This document shows positions 6,662 to 17,730 of a stretch of DNA of 36,981 bases, in pieces. Source of the DNA: a virus (taxonomy: Duplodnaviria; Caudoviricetes); IMG/VR virus record IMGVR_UViG_3300023055_000014, positions 1 through 36,981 of that record. One strand, given 5' to 3'. Numbering within the stretch: position 1 is the stretch's first letter; each line of letters begins with the position of its first letter. The notes under the pieces are model-generated. The model was not told the DNA's origin and searched no databases. It saw only the letters and a list, made by a program, of their open reading frames with translations. The position numbers were made by a program, and so were the translations under genes.

Positions 6662-9529
6662 TCATTTCACTTCAAGATTACCGAAAGCATATCCCGTGGA
6701 CGAAACGTCCAGCCCTCTCGCCCCAATCACACTTTCACCGATCGTTTGACCAGCGATTGAAGGAACCGGACTCACCCGCCCGGCACCGGCTGCATTCAGG
6801 GCCCATGCCATCCATTTCTTTCCGCCCTTGCTGTACTGGAAGGCACAATTCACGTCACCCTGGACGATATCGATGGGAGCTACCGCATAGCCGCCACGCC
6901 ATTTGTATCCCTGACCCGCCAGGAAGGTCGTGTGAACGCCGGAGATAGCCGCCTGATAGAACTTCCAGCTATTGGAGTTCCGACGGGCGAAAGGCAAGGT
7001 TGCCGACACATAGCGTCCATCCCCGGCCTCATAGGTTCGATCCATCCAGCTAGCACAGAATCCCCGGGTCGGGTGGAAGCAGACCGCAGCGAACACGTCC
7101 GGTGCTGCGCTCTTCGGCTGGGCACTTACCGAGGCCTCGTCGCTCGCAATCAAAGGGCCGCGGTTATCACCGATATAGTGCACCCACTCAGGAAACGCAG
7201 AGTACACGCCCATCTGCGGGCCGTTGTCGATTTGAACGACCACATCCTCTAGCGCCTCGAACTCGTAGAGAACCTCCCAAGATCCCGGCTTTACATGTAC
7301 GACAAAGTGCTGAACGCCAACGTAGCGCTCAAGCGTCAAGGTGTTGTAAGCAAGAAGCTCGACCTGCCAGGAGAACGTGGCGGTATCAGCCGGCCCAGAA
7401 TAGGTTTGATCGACGGCCATTTCCTGGCCGTTGATGGAACACCTCAGGTTCACCATCCGTGCGGTAGGCTTTGTCAGTTCAACCTCGTTCCAGTGGCCGC
7501 CGCCCGTGTACTGCGTGGCTCCACCGTCCCCATTGTTGATCGCGCGCACTACCATCGGTGGAAGCCAGTCGGTACTCCAGCCCCCAAGGTCTTCCCATGC
7601 TGCCGATTCAACGGTCGTTAGCGGCGCGATGCGCCAGCCCTTGAAGTTGAAAAGCTGGTTGATTTGGTTGGGACCGAACTTCTGCATGAACATCTGACCG
7701 GCGCCGTGCGACCAAATGAAGTCGAAGTTATTGCCGGCGGTCTCGCCCTCCACCCACATCCGGCCGGCTTGCAGCTGCTTCGACGTAGCCGATGCGTTCG
7801 CGTAGGTGTACCGCGATGGATCGACAATCCAGCTTCTTGCGCTCGCACCCATACTGTTTGCGTTGATCGCAACACCAAGAGCCGGCAATGCTGCGGCGTC
7901 GATGGTCAGCTTGAACTTGATACCGGGACGACTCTTCGGCGTGATAATGAGCGTTTGGACGCCACCGTTACGGTCAATATCAGGTGCAGGATCGCTGTAG
8001 TTGTGGATCACCACATTGTCAGTTACGGCGCCATAGTCATCCCGGTCAGACTCTTGGAAAATCCAGCCGTAGGTGTAATCGCCGAACAAGGGCGCGCCGT
8101 TCTTTTGAAACGCAACCTTGTAATATTTGGTCGGGTCCGCACCTGAAACCTCACAGTTCAACAGGAAACTGTTAAGCACTGTGTTTATTGGCGAAGTCAC
8201 ACCGCCTTGCGCCATTGGCCGAAGGGGATAGTTTTTCCCCTTGTTGATGGTCAGCGCATCGTCCTTCAGATACGGCGCTTCCACGTAGCACGATGGATCG
8301 ACAATCCAGCTCCGACCAGGCGTACCCGAACTATTGGAGTCAACTGGCACGCCTGCAGATGGCAGGGCTGCGGCGTCGAGCGTAATTTGGAACCGCATCT
8401 CCTGCCGGAGGGCCGGCCTCACCGTGATGGTCTGGATGCCCCCGGTTCGGTTGATGTCCGGAGCCGGATCAGAGTAGGTATGAATCATCGTCACGGTGCC
8501 GGTCGCTGCATACGTCGAGGCGTCCGCTTCGTACAGAATCCAGCCAAACTCGTAGCTTCCGGCGAGACCTGGCGCGCCGTTTTTTTGCAGGCTGATCAGG
8601 TAGTACTTGCCCGCGAGAGCACCGAGCACTTCGCATTTCAACAACAGCCGATTCATGACCGTGTTGGCGATGGATGTCACCCCGCCACGGCTCATCGAGC
8701 GGAGCGGCAAGCTCTTGCCAATATTTAGCGTCAGCGCGTCATCTTTAACGATTGGAGGGGCTGAGTACCTCGATGGATCAACGATCCAGCTTCGACCGGC
8801 AGCGCCCGTACTGTTCGAGTCAATAGCCGTTCCTGCCGCAGGAAGCGCCGCGGCATCCAGGGTGATCTTGAACCTGATATCTGGACGGAGCTGGGGGGTT
8901 ACCGTGATCGTCTGGACCCCACCAGTCCGGCTAATGTCGGGGGCAGGATCGACCAACGAGTGAATTTGCGTAAATGCTCCGGTCGTCGCGTAGGTGGCAG
9001 CATCCGCTTCGAGCAGGATCCAGCCAAACTCATAAGCGCCCACAAGCCCGGTAGCACCGTTCTTTTGCAGCGAGATCAGGTAGTACTTACCTGGCTCGGC
9101 GCCAATGATCTCGCAGTTCAGCAGGACGCGATTCATCACTGCGTTTGCCGGTGAGGTGACGCCGCCCCGGTTCATTTGGCGGAGCGGGTACGCCTTGCCC
9201 CGGTTGATGGTCAGGGCATCGGCCAGCCAGGACAGAAGGGACGAAATCTCAACCGCAACACCGGCGTCGTTCCGATAGCGGGTCTCGAACACGTCACCAG
9301 TGCCTGGGACCGTGAAGAATCGGTTGTTCGTACCGGTTCCATTGGTCTTAGTTAGGCCCTCGGCAACAGTGGTGTAGGTGCCAATGCTCGCGAGAAATTC
9401 TGCGTAGATCTTTTTTAGGGTGGGCTTGGTGATGCCGTTGATGGTGACGAAGTCAGCATCAGACAGGAACAGCGCGTTGGCAGTAGTCACCAGCCCATGG
9501 AACAGCTGATTGTCGGTAGCTACGCTCAT
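6662..9529 (-). CDS. Tail fibre/receptor-binding protein with three internal repeats
   Basis: Last gene of the tail operon; about 100-aa anchor-like N-terminus, three repeats and a distinct C-terminal domain. Confidence 0.75.
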   Translation of the reverse strand: MSVATDNQLFHGLVTTANALFLSDADFVTINGITKPTLKKIYAEFLASIGTYTTVAEGLTKTNGTGTNNRFFTVPGTGDVFETRYRNDAGVAVEISSLLSWLADALTINRGKAYPLRQMNRGGVTSPANAVMNRVLLNCEIIGAEPGKYYLISLQKNGATGLVGAYEFGWILLEADAATYATTGAFTQIHSLVDPAPDISRTGGVQTITVTPQLRPDIRFKITLDAAALPAAGTAIDSNSTGAAGRSWIVDPSRYSAPPIVKDDALTLNIGKSLPLRSMSRGGVTSIANTVMNRLLLKCEVLGALAGKYYLISLQKNGAPGLAGSYEFGWILYEADASTYAATGTVTMIHTYSDPAPDINRTGGIQTITVRPALRQEMRFQITLDAAALPSAGVPVDSNSSGTPGRSWIVDPSCYVEAPYLKDDALTINKGKNYPLRPMAQGGVTSPINTVLNSFLLNCEVSGADPTKYYKVAFQKNGAPLFGDYTYGWIFQESDRDDYGAVTDNVVIHNYSDPAPDIDRNGGVQTLIITPKSRPGIKFKLTIDAAALPALGVAINANSMGASARSWIVDPSRYTYANASATSKQLQAGRMWVEGETAGNNFDFIWSHGAGQMFMQKFGPNQINQLFNFKGWRIAPLTTVESAAWEDLGGWSTDWLPPMVVRAINNGDGGATQYTGGGHWNEVELTKPTARMVNLRCSINGQEMAVDQTYSGPADTATFSWQVELLAYNTLTLERYVGVQHFVVHVKPGSWEVLYEFEALEDVVVQIDNGPQMGVYSAFPEWVHYIGDNRGPLIASDEASVSAQPKSAAPDVFAAVCFHPTRGFCASWMDRTYEAGDGRYVSATLPFARRNSNSWKFYQAAISGVHTTFLAGQGYKWRGGYAVAPIDIVQGDVNCAFQYSKGGKKWMAWALNAAGAGRVSPVPSIAGQTIGESVIGARGLDVSSTGYAFGNLEVK
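7808..9220 (-). repeat. Three tandem 160-aa (480-nt) domain repeats
   Basis: DALT(I/L)N starts at 9220, 8740 and 8260; each unit ends RSWIVDPS(R/C)Y. Confidence 0.95.
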
Positions 9530-9543
9530 AGAAACTCCAGGCG

Positions 9544-9565
9544 AAAAAAAACCCGCATGAGCGGG
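9544..9565 (-). terminator. Terminator-like hairpin upstream of the tail fibre
   Basis: CCCGC-4nt-GCGGG followed by T8 on the minus strand. Confidence 0.65.
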
Positions 9566-9572
9566 CGAGCAT

Positions 9573-10055
9573 TCAATTGATCTGGGCTCCAGGCCAAGAC
9601 TTGGTGTACCAACGCATAAGCTCGGCAGTTAGAGCTGCGTTCATGACCGGCAAAGGCATCCCGAGGAGCAACTCTGCGAAAGCAGCCTCATCGACAATGG
9701 GCAACTCAAACAGCTCCAAGGAGGCCGTGTATCGCCACAGATCGTCACTGACAAACTCTGGGCCTTCGTAAATATCGGTGAATCTGGAGCGGGTCGGCCT
9801 AAGCCCTAAAGGTGTTCTGATGGGACAAAGAAACCAGTCTGCCCAGCCGATCTCCCATTTACACCACCCCTCAAACAACTTGGCTTCTTCGGTCGACAAG
9901 ATCCAACTTACTCGCAGGATGGTTGGAACGCTGCCAAACCGGCGACGCTGCATTGCCCTGCCACTCGCCATCGTTGTTCGAACTATTGGGCTGACTGGCT
10001 TGAAGCCGTAGCCGTCAGCAACTGGCAACGGAAGACCATCAGGAAGTAACAGCAT
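9573..10055 (-). CDS. Minor/distal tail protein (gpM/Dit-like)
   Basis: LPLP..GYGFKPVSPIVRTTMASGRAMQRRRF and GWADWF motifs; tail context (alternative start 10061). Confidence 0.65.
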   Translation of the reverse strand: MLLLPDGLPLPVADGYGFKPVSPIVRTTMASGRAMQRRRFGSVPTILRVSWILSTEEAKLFEGWCKWEIGWADWFLCPIRTPLGLRPTRSRFTDIYEGPEFVSDDLWRYTASLELFELPIVDEAAFAELLLGMPLPVMNAALTAELMRWYTKSWPGAQIN

Positions 10056-10057
10056 CC

Positions 10058-13000
10058 TCAAGCATCCTCGGGAGCAAAATTGTCATCGTCGGCGTAGACG
10101 CGAACGTCGTAGTTGATGGCCTCCATTTCCGCCGAGTAATCACCTGGCTCTATTGAGGTCACCAGAACCGGGTAGCACCACCGTGTCGAAATCCCGAACA
10201 GCAGGTGAGGTGGCTCAATCTGCTGGGAAAGATCCGGCAAAAAGTCGATAGATTGGATCGCGATGCGGTAGTCATCTATTCGATACGCAGCCCACGGACC
10301 GCTGATCGAACCGTCTGGCCGGCGCACTGCTAGAACATGTGTCTGCCCTTCGCTCCAAACAAAAGCCTCGCTGCTTTCGATCACTACCGGCCCCTCTCCT
10401 ACGGAGAAGTCCGTCATGATTGATGACTGCGCATAGCCAGGAATGTCATCGGCCACCGCGTCATAGTTGAGATAACCGCTGTTCAGCGCGGAGAGCTCAG
10501 TACCCCAGCTATAGCTTTTGTTCTGATAGACCTGGGCCCGACGCTGACGCATGCCGTAGCGCCAAGCACGGTCACGATCTGTGACCCCATCGAGTGTGAT
10601 TTCCTTGACCGTCTGAAAGGCGTCACCTGGAAGCCTGCACTTCACCGTTTCTTCAGCCCAGGTCCTCTGGTCCCGGTACTTGATGGAAACACCGTCAAAA
10701 TCGTCAGGCGCAGGCAGGGTAAACGAGCGCTTGAGCGATTCAACAATGTTCTGCGGCGTGTACATGTTTTTGATCTGACTGCGCGGCTCATCACGCACCG
10801 GCGTGATCCGGCCTCTCTCAAGGGTGAACTCTGCAAACCCTGCCTTGAGAGCCTCGTTGAGCGCTTCCTTGACCGTGCCAGCCTCTTCCACGGAAAAATC
10901 GAAGTAGTCCCCTCGGCTTTGCCAAATGGCGCCATACCGCACAAACTCTTCGATATCTACATCATCGTCTGTCGCTCCTACCGACTTCGAAATATACGAC
11001 GCCCAGGGCGCGATATCGCGCGTTGCCGTTGGTTCGGACCAGGCACCATTCACCAAGACAGGCAGCTTTCTGGTGGCAATCAGTGATACCTGGCTTTCGG
11101 ACTGTGCCGACAGTTTGGTACCGCCGCGCGCATACACAGCTATTGTGGTCACCCCCTCATACCGCAGAGGGGCCTTATCAATCCGCGCCCTGAGGCCATA
11201 CCACTGCACACGATCTTGCTGGTTGCTGTCCGACGACTCCTCTCCGATTCGACGAATCCTCATCTCCCCCCTCATGTAGGTGGGGAAGTTGATTGCCCGG
11301 GTGAAAGCGATCTGATCTCGACGAGCCGCTTTGAACGTCCAAAAAACGCTTGTCCACTCACCGGCGGTGCTGATGTCGCGGTACTGGGCCTCGACCTTGA
11401 CGGTTACCTCAACCTGTCGGCCCTTTTTCGAGTAGGCAATCAATCCACCGGGAAAGAAGAAGTCGACCTCAACGCGACGCACAACCTCATTCTCCGGGCA
11501 GACTGCGAACGAACCAGCCCAGTCGCCTTCCATCGTTGACGCATCCAGAACAACCGAAACATCGCCGGTCTGCATGGCGTCGAAACCCAACCAGTCATCG
11601 TCCACCGCGCCTGTATCAGTCAGTCGAACGACCGTAATTGCCGATGGCCCATGGCTCTCGTCCTCCGGTGTGGCGTCATCATCATCCACCGAGTCATCGG
11701 AGACTTCGGTTATCCGGTACCGCAGCCCTCTGTACCCAATTGTTGCCAACAGAGACCCAGGCTGCAGCCCCACCACCGGAGCGCCACCGTCGTAAGCCAT
11801 GGTCATGCGGGCGTACCGCCCCTCCGTCGCAGCCTCTGTTTTCACGCCCGTGACAAACGCCGGGCTTGACCCGAGGATGTCACTCACAGACCCGGTGATC
11901 GATAACGGCGAACCTGTGAACGGCGCGACCTGCTCAGCGATTCTCAGCCTCCCGGAGGAAGAAGTGGCCACCAGCGCCGTACCGGCCAAGGACGAGTTCA
12001 CTGCCGAAACTAGGCCAGCCAGGTTTGTAACGTTGGTACTCAGCGATACCGGGAAGCTGCTCGATCCTCGAGAAACTGTGAAGTTCAGAGGAACCGCATC
12101 GAAGTTGAATCGCGCCGGGGCTGCGCCTCCCGTAACCATGGACGCGCTACCAGGAACTGCCGGGGTGCCGGACACCTCCGCCGTATAGCTCGCAACAACA
12201 TAGTTGCCAGCATTGGCGCCGGAGATCTCGATCCGCATGCCAGCGAATGCTTGAAGCATGGGGAGATATGGGCCGCTTACGATGGTCGCGCTTCCATCAA
12301 TCGGGGCCGTGAAGGTGTAAGGGTATGGCAACTCAACGCGTGCGATCATGCCGCTGTCCCAGCCAAACGGGAACCAGCCCGCTCCCTCTGGAACGCTCAG
12401 CACCAAATCGGCCGCCAGCAGAGCGTTCCCGCCGAACTGCTGTGCTACCTGGGTAGTATTGGTGAGCGTAAGCCCACCAGATCCTGTATTGGTCGCGCCT
12501 ACTTCGGTGGAGTTATGCCACCACAGCCGGGCCGTCTCATCGATCAGCGACTCACCTGGACCGTATACCTTGTACCGCGCAGTACTGCCGAGCGAAGAGA
12601 GCATCGTGTCGCCGATCTTCACATCGGTAGGCTTGATCTCGAACTCGCCAACGCCAACGCAAAGCAAGAGCTCAACCCACTGCTCAGTTTCGTTGACGAA
12701 GTAATGTCGAGGCGGCACCAAGTAGTCCGGGAAGATCCGCGTCCTACCTGCAACCTCGCGAATTACGTCACCAACCTTGACCTGATTGCCCGTGGTCTTG
12801 GCCAGGTTCAGGTTTTGCCCTGACCGCCCCTGATTCCGTGGAGTGGACAGCGGCCTCTGGGTCATCATCACCACGCCGACCGCGACCACCGCAGCAACCA
12901 CTGCCCACAGCGCTACCTCCAGTCCGGAACCTTTCGGCTCTGGATAGATGCGTACGGTGTCCTGGGGCGAAAAGTCAGTTTTCGCCCAACGCTCAGGATT

Positions 13001-13159
13001 GATGAACACACCGTTCAGCTCGACACTGATAGGCGGAGACTGACGCGGCGTGTAGCCTGAGACGTTATGAGACAGCCACCCCTCAATGGTCATAACCTGA
13101 TCGGTCTTGTGGCGCTCCAGTGGAGATCCCTCAAGCTTGCTCGGGTAGAATTCGATCAC
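10058..13159 (-). CDS. Tail tip/host specificity protein (gpJ-like)
   Basis: 1033 aa; [36 protein letters not shown] and [14 protein letters not shown]; follows the L- and K-like genes. Confidence 0.85.
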   Translation of the reverse strand: MIEFYPSKLEGSPLERHKTDQVMTIEGWLSHNVSGYTPRQSPPISVELNGVFINPERWAKTDFSPQDTVRIYPEPKGSGLEVALWAVVAAVVAVGVVMMTQRPLSTPRNQGRSGQNLNLAKTTGNQVKVGDVIREVAGRTRIFPDYLVPPRHYFVNETEQWVELLLCVGVGEFEIKPTDVKIGDTMLSSLGSTARYKVYGPGESLIDETARLWWHNSTEVGATNTGSGGLTLTNTTQVAQQFGGNALLAADLVLSVPEGAGWFPFGWDSGMIARVELPYPYTFTAPIDGSATIVSGPYLPMLQAFAGMRIEISGANAGNYVVASYTAEVSGTPAVPGSASMVTGGAAPARFNFDAVPLNFTVSRGSSSFPVSLSTNVTNLAGLVSAVNSSLAGTALVATSSSGRLRIAEQVAPFTGSPLSITGSVSDILGSSPAFVTGVKTEAATEGRYARMTMAYDGGAPVVGLQPGSLLATIGYRGLRYRITEVSDDSVDDDDATPEDESHGPSAITVVRLTDTGAVDDDWLGFDAMQTGDVSVVLDASTMEGDWAGSFAVCPENEVVRRVEVDFFFPGGLIAYSKKGRQVEVTVKVEAQYRDISTAGEWTSVFWTFKAARRDQIAFTRAINFPTYMRGEMRIRRIGEESSDSNQQDRVQWYGLRARIDKAPLRYEGVTTIAVYARGGTKLSAQSESQVSLIATRKLPVLVNGAWSEPTATRDIAPWASYISKSVGATDDDVDIEEFVRYGAIWQSRGDYFDFSVEEAGTVKEALNEALKAGFAEFTLERGRITPVRDEPRSQIKNMYTPQNIVESLKRSFTLPAPDDFDGVSIKYRDQRTWAEETVKCRLPGDAFQTVKEITLDGVTDRDRAWRYGMRQRRAQVYQNKSYSWGTELSALNSGYLNYDAVADDIPGYAQSSIMTDFSVGEGPVVIESSEAFVWSEGQTHVLAVRRPDGSISGPWAAYRIDDYRIAIQSIDFLPDLSQQIEPPHLLFGISTRWCYPVLVTSIEPGDYSAEMEAINYDVRVYADDDNFAPEDA

Positions 13160-13532
13160 GGTGGTAACTCACTTTCAGATACTGATCTTGAAAACGCCGA
13201 AGCGGTTTGATGGTCACCCCGCTGGGCTTCATCTCCAGGCCGTGCAACCGACCTTCCACCTCAACGATCAACGCAACATGGATGCAGATGTCGCCCCTCC
13301 AGACGCAGGCAATAGCACCCACCTCTGGCTCGCAGCGCTCCATGGCCGATGCCTCAAGGTTTGCGGCCCGAGTGAATTCTTTGGGCATGGTATTTCGCAC
13401 GTATCCCCAACTTGGAAGCAGGGGCAGGCCATATACCTGGTGTCGCACCAGCCTGGTCATCCCCCAGCAATCGAAGCGCGCAGGGCCACGCCCGCCATCT
13501 TCGTAGGTGGCGGTCAGGTATTGATCAAACAT
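13131..13532 (-). CDS. NlpC/P60-family tail assembly protein (gpK-like)
   Basis: [11 protein letters not shown] catalytic Cys and HVAL His. Confidence 0.85.
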   Translation of the reverse strand: MFDQYLTATYEDGGRGPARFDCWGMTRLVRHQVYGLPLLPSWGYVRNTMPKEFTRAANLEASAMERCEPEVGAIACVWRGDICIHVALIVEVEGRLHGLEMKPSGVTIKPLRRFQDQYLKVSYHRDRILPEQA

Positions 13533-14017
13533 CAGGTGTACCTAAGGCAGGGAACGAAATCTAAGGTGTACTTGCGTCTTGGCCAGGCAAGGTTGATGAA
13601 GTCAACGTAGCCAGCCTGCAACTGCACGCTGGCCCCTTCCATGAATCCGCTTAGCACGTTCATGCGGTATGGCTTTTCCGCCGGAGCGGAGATGTCAGAA
13701 GACAGGTAAGTGCGGAAGATCATGGTGATCTTCTCCCTGGCATCCAGCGCCTGATCGATTAGTTGCTGAGCCACGCCAGTCACGTTGTCGATAGCGAAGG
13801 TCAGCGATTGGTTACCGCTGTTATCGCGTTTGGGCAGCGCGGCATCGAAGGCGGTCGCAGTGAACGTCGCTAAAACGCCCTCCTCGGTCGTGGCCACTAG
13901 ATCCTCAAACGCCGAGCAGATGTACACGGGACCAGGCCAGGAGGCACAGCGAAGCTCAATGGTTGGAATGATCCACGCCTTGCCGCCAGAGGCGTACAAG
14001 GTTGCAATCGCGGTCAT
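13532..14017 (-). CDS. Minor tail protein (DUF1833/gpL-like)
   Basis: [16 protein letters not shown] and WPRRKYT motifs; follows the tape measure gene. Confidence 0.8.
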   Translation of the reverse strand: MTAIATLYASGGKAWIIPTIELRCASWPGPVYICSAFEDLVATTEEGVLATFTATAFDAALPKRDNSGNQSLTFAIDNVTGVAQQLIDQALDAREKITMIFRTYLSSDISAPAEKPYRMNVLSGFMEGASVQLQAGYVDFINLAWPRRKYTLDFVPCLRYT

Positions 14018-17000
14018 CTTCCAACCCTCTGGTTCCTGTAAGTCGACTCGTACGTCTTGGCTACTTTTCCTTGGCCAGTCCTCATGCCGGAAGAAATATG
14101 GTCATCAACAGCGGCGATGATGACCTTGAGCTGGTCCCCGTCCATGCGAGTACTTACCTTGTCATTTCCGTAGTTGAGAACCTGGACGTTGAGATTTGGC
14201 GAGGGCGATTCCGCCAGTACAGGAGTGTCCACCTCTGCCGCCGATGAACTGCCTGGGCCACCTACAAAGGCAGCGCGACCATCACTGATGGCCTCCAGTG
14301 TGCCGACGCCGATGCGCGCAGTAGCCTCAGCATCGAAAACGTATTCACCCCGGTGCACCGGGCCAGCAACCTCATCACGCCGACCGTTGCCGGTGTAACC
14401 GCCCTCCATGAAGCCAACGCCGGCCATAGCCGTCATACCCACGGCGGATGCCAGCGGCGTCGCAATAGTGAGGGCGGTTGCCATTGCCCCAGGCGCCAGA
14501 GCAGGTCCGATAAGCGGGATGGCCGCTGTCGAAGCGAATGCAGCAAGACCGGCTTGAAGTGCCATTGCTTCAGCATTCGCGGCCATCATGCCGGCTGAGC
14601 TTGCCTGTGTTGTTTTGCCGACAACCATCTGCACCGCTTGGTAGACCAGCCACTGCGCTGCCATGTCTGCAAGCGCATTGAGCATTGACTCAGCAAAACC
14701 ACTGATCATATTCCTCAGCGCATCACCGGCGCTCTCTGCGCCAGTGGCTACGTCGGTCATGAATGTGCTGAGTTCCCCTCGGGCGCTACCCAGAGCGCTG
14801 TTCGTCAGGTCTGCGGCTTGAGCTGAGTAGTTCTGCGCCTCATCGGAAAAGTTCGCCCAGGCCTCATGGACACCATTCATCCAGTTGGACTGCTGCTCAT
14901 CAATCGCAGCGTAGTAATTCGCCTGGTTCTCAAGCTGCTTGTCCAGCTCCTGCTTCAGGATCTCGGTTTCGCCGGCGACCAGTTCTGGGCTTACCTGCCC
15001 AGTATTGGCCTGCTCATTCAGCGCCTTCAGGTCGGCCACATACTTCTGCCGCAGCGCCAGTTCGGCCCGCATGCGATCACGCGCCTTATCTCCCATCCCA
15101 ACGCCAGCGAGTTCTTGCGCATATCCATCAGCCTGGGTTTTCGTTCCGACCTGCTGCGCAGCCTTGAAAGCACTAAGCTTCAGCGCGTCTTCATTGGCCT
15201 TCTTGATCTTGTTGAGACCATCCAGCTCAGCAGCCAGCTCGAGCAGGCGTTTCTGCTGGGCTTTAGAGAGGTTGCCGAGCTTGCCCTCCTGCAACTCGAA
15301 GGACAGCTTAGCGACCTCGGTGGCGTCCTTCTGCTTGTCGCCAGTGGTGTTGATTAGCTCGATCTGGCGCTTGTAGCCTTCCTCGGTCGCGTCGAAATCT
15401 TTCAGCTGCTTCTTCGTGGCCTGGTCTGATTTGGACTCGCCATCGCGCTTTGACTTGTTCGCCCTATCGTTGGCTTTCTTCTGCGCCTCGATGGCATTTG
15501 CAAAAGAGAGAGCGGCCTGGCGATCCGCCTCGGTCAGATCTGTGTGCTCGGCAAGGTACCGGTTTACCACTTTGATCATGTCGCCGTTGTCTTGCAGGCC
15601 GGCCAACTGCTTCTGCAAGGTATCGAGGTAGGTCTGACCGGCAGTGCTCATGCCCAACTTCGCGGCATTATTCGCTTCGGTCGAGACTGTGTTTTCCTTG
15701 GTAACCCCAGTGAGGACACGCAAGGTTTCGGCAATCAGGCCTGAGCGCTGATCAGCATCGCTGACGGCGCCGGCCTGGGTGATCCAGCTCTGCAACGTAG
15801 CCGCCGGCAACTGCAGGCGATTACCCACTTCCTTGAGGATCGGGGCAAGGTCGGCACCAGAGGAACGAGCCTCGTTCAGCCGATCGATGATCCCCTGGTA
15901 CTCGGCCAGCTGCTTGTTGTACTGGCCGCCCGAGTCGCGAACAGGTGCTGTCACTGTTGCAGAGCGGATGGCCTGGGCAAGCTCTCCGTAGGCATCCTTG
16001 ACCTTGTCCGTAGCGTTGATCTGCTCCTGCTGCCATTTCACCAAGCCAGCTTCGCGCTGGTCCTGGTTGAGCTTCTGGAACTCCTCCCGCAGTTGGGATA
16101 CGGGCTTTTGCATGTCCTCCAGACTGACCCCCGCCTGGTCCGCGTTGTCGCGAAGCAAGAGGAAGCTTGCCGCTGCGGTGCCGGCGAGGATTGCCAGCCC
16201 CATCGGGCCTCCCAGGCCTGCAAGGAGACCGACCGAAGCGGCCTTCAAGCCAGACTGAGCGGTTGCTACTGCGGTGGTTGCTGCGGCCTCCTTTGTCCGC
16301 GCGGTCGCTAGCTGAATGGACATTTGGGTCTGAACTGCGGTACCTCGCGCCGCAATCGCTTCCCGCTCAGCGAGAATGGTGGCCGTCTGAGCCTTCCGCT
16401 GATCTGCTATCGCCGCCTGTAGTGTTGCCTCAGCCTGGGCAACACGTGCGACCCGGTCAGCCCGCGCAGCCTGCACGGCCAGCCCAGTTTTCACAACGTA
16501 GTTGGTCAGCGCAGCTGCACCGACGCCGCCCATGGCCACGGCCACAAGGTCCACGTTGTCAGCCAGCGCAATCAGCACGCTCGCAAAGCCTGCGACTATG
16601 CCGGTCTGCTCCTCCATGCCGCCCAAGAACGCCTGAATGGCGTTGCTGATGTTTACCATCGCGTCCTGCACGCTGGTGGACATGTCGGCCGCAGCCTTGC
16701 GGTTGACCTCCACGGTGCGCAGCAGACCAGTATTGATGTCTTCGAGCGACAGCTTGCCCTGCACGCCGAGCTTTCGGATTTCCTCGGCGCTCTTGCCGGT
16801 GGCGGTGGCAATCGCAGTGACGATTGTCGGCATGGCGTCCTGAATGGACACCCAGCCATCCGCCTCGACTTTTCCTGTCTGCAGCGCCTTCGAGTACGCA
16901 TCCAGCGCAGAACCGGCTTTATCAGCAGCTGCAGCGTTGGTCACCAGCAGAAAGCTGAAGCTATCTGTGATATCCAACGTCTCCTGGGTGTTAAAGCCCA

Positions 17001-17412
17001 GGCTACGCATAACATCCGCAGTGCGAATGTATAGCTCTTGCGCCTCAGCCAGAGGACGGTAGGTTTCCTGCGCAGTTTGTAGCAGGTGATCCTGAACCAG
17101 CTGGTACTCACTTGCGCTACCAGCTGCAGCCTTCATCCGGTCAGACATCTGCCCGTAGGCATCAACCTGCTGGATGATGCCGCCGATCAGACCGGCGCCG
17201 GCCACTGCCGCGAACGCACCGCGCATGAGAGTGCCGGCTTGGTGCGCTGCTGCGCCTGCCCGATCAAAAGCTGAATCGACCTTAGCCAGACTCTGGTCAA
17301 TCGCCTGGGATGACCGCGCGACCAACTGATCCGCATTGGCCAACTCCCGACGCAGCTGGGCGGTGGTCGCCTCGATCTGGACCAGCATTCCCTGGACCTG
17401 TTGGTCGGCCAT
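14014..17412 (-). CDS. Tail tape measure protein
   Basis: 1132 aa, Ala-rich helical, tape-measure N-domain, C-terminal GGYTG.G...VAGPVHRGEYV. Confidence 0.95.
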   Translation of the reverse strand: MADQQVQGMLVQIEATTAQLRRELANADQLVARSSQAIDQSLAKVDSAFDRAGAAAHQAGTLMRGAFAAVAGAGLIGGIIQQVDAYGQMSDRMKAAAGSASEYQLVQDHLLQTAQETYRPLAEAQELYIRTADVMRSLGFNTQETLDITDSFSFLLVTNAAAADKAGSALDAYSKALQTGKVEADGWVSIQDAMPTIVTAIATATGKSAEEIRKLGVQGKLSLEDINTGLLRTVEVNRKAAADMSTSVQDAMVNISNAIQAFLGGMEEQTGIVAGFASVLIALADNVDLVAVAMGGVGAAALTNYVVKTGLAVQAARADRVARVAQAEATLQAAIADQRKAQTATILAEREAIAARGTAVQTQMSIQLATARTKEAAATTAVATAQSGLKAASVGLLAGLGGPMGLAILAGTAAASFLLLRDNADQAGVSLEDMQKPVSQLREEFQKLNQDQREAGLVKWQQEQINATDKVKDAYGELAQAIRSATVTAPVRDSGGQYNKQLAEYQGIIDRLNEARSSGADLAPILKEVGNRLQLPAATLQSWITQAGAVSDADQRSGLIAETLRVLTGVTKENTVSTEANNAAKLGMSTAGQTYLDTLQKQLAGLQDNGDMIKVVNRYLAEHTDLTEADRQAALSFANAIEAQKKANDRANKSKRDGESKSDQATKKQLKDFDATEEGYKRQIELINTTGDKQKDATEVAKLSFELQEGKLGNLSKAQQKRLLELAAELDGLNKIKKANEDALKLSAFKAAQQVGTKTQADGYAQELAGVGMGDKARDRMRAELALRQKYVADLKALNEQANTGQVSPELVAGETEILKQELDKQLENQANYYAAIDEQQSNWMNGVHEAWANFSDEAQNYSAQAADLTNSALGSARGELSTFMTDVATGAESAGDALRNMISGFAESMLNALADMAAQWLVYQAVQMVVGKTTQASSAGMMAANAEAMALQAGLAAFASTAAIPLIGPALAPGAMATALTIATPLASAVGMTAMAGVGFMEGGYTGNGRRDEVAGPVHRGEYVFDAEATARIGVGTLEAISDGRAAFVGGPGSSSAAEVDTPVLAESPSPNLNVQVLNYGNDKVSTRMDGDQLKVIIAAVDDHISSGMRTGQGKVAKTYESTYRNQRVGR

Positions 17413-17428
17413 GTAATTCTCCAGAACG

Positions 17429-17447
17429 AAAAACCCGCCGGAGCGGG
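17429..17447 (-). terminator. Terminator-like hairpin upstream of the tape measure gene
   Basis: CCCGC-TCCG-GCGGG followed by T5 on the minus strand. Confidence 0.55.
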
Positions 17448-17454
17448 AATTGAG

Positions 17455-17730
17455 TTACTTGCCTCGGCCCGTAAGGGCCTGGCGCAGCTTGTCGGCAACT
17501 GTCGAGGCGCTAGGTTTCTGCTTGGCGCCTTGGGCTTTCCCTTTGCCGAAGGGGTTGGTCATTTGCGACCATTCGAGTCGGGCATCAAGTGCCATGAAAA
17601 GCTCAGGCAGCGGCGTGCGCCAAGCAACATCAGGCGCCCAGCCCAACCACCCCGTAGCGATTGAATAAAGCCGGTCAACGTAACTTCCGTCTTCGATGAC
17701 GCTTACGCCGTCCCGGCTTGGTCGTTTCCC
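17455..17730 (-). CDS. gpT part of the tail chaperone gpGT (made by -1 frameshift)
   Basis: The -1 frame is open from slippery GGGAAAC (17724-17730): GKRPSRDGVSVIEDGSYVDRLYSIATGWLGW... Confidence 0.8.
   Translation of the reverse strand, partial: GKRPSRDGVSVIEDGSYVDRLYSIATGWLGWAPDVAWRTPLPELFMALDARLEWSQMTNPFGKGKAQGAKQKPSASTVADKLRQALTGRGK

Noticed and set aside
7808-9220. Fibre repeats as a diversity-generating retroelement or invertible cassette
   Set aside because: No reverse transcriptase or invertase nearby; repeats are in-frame, direct, and differ at all base types rather than only adenines
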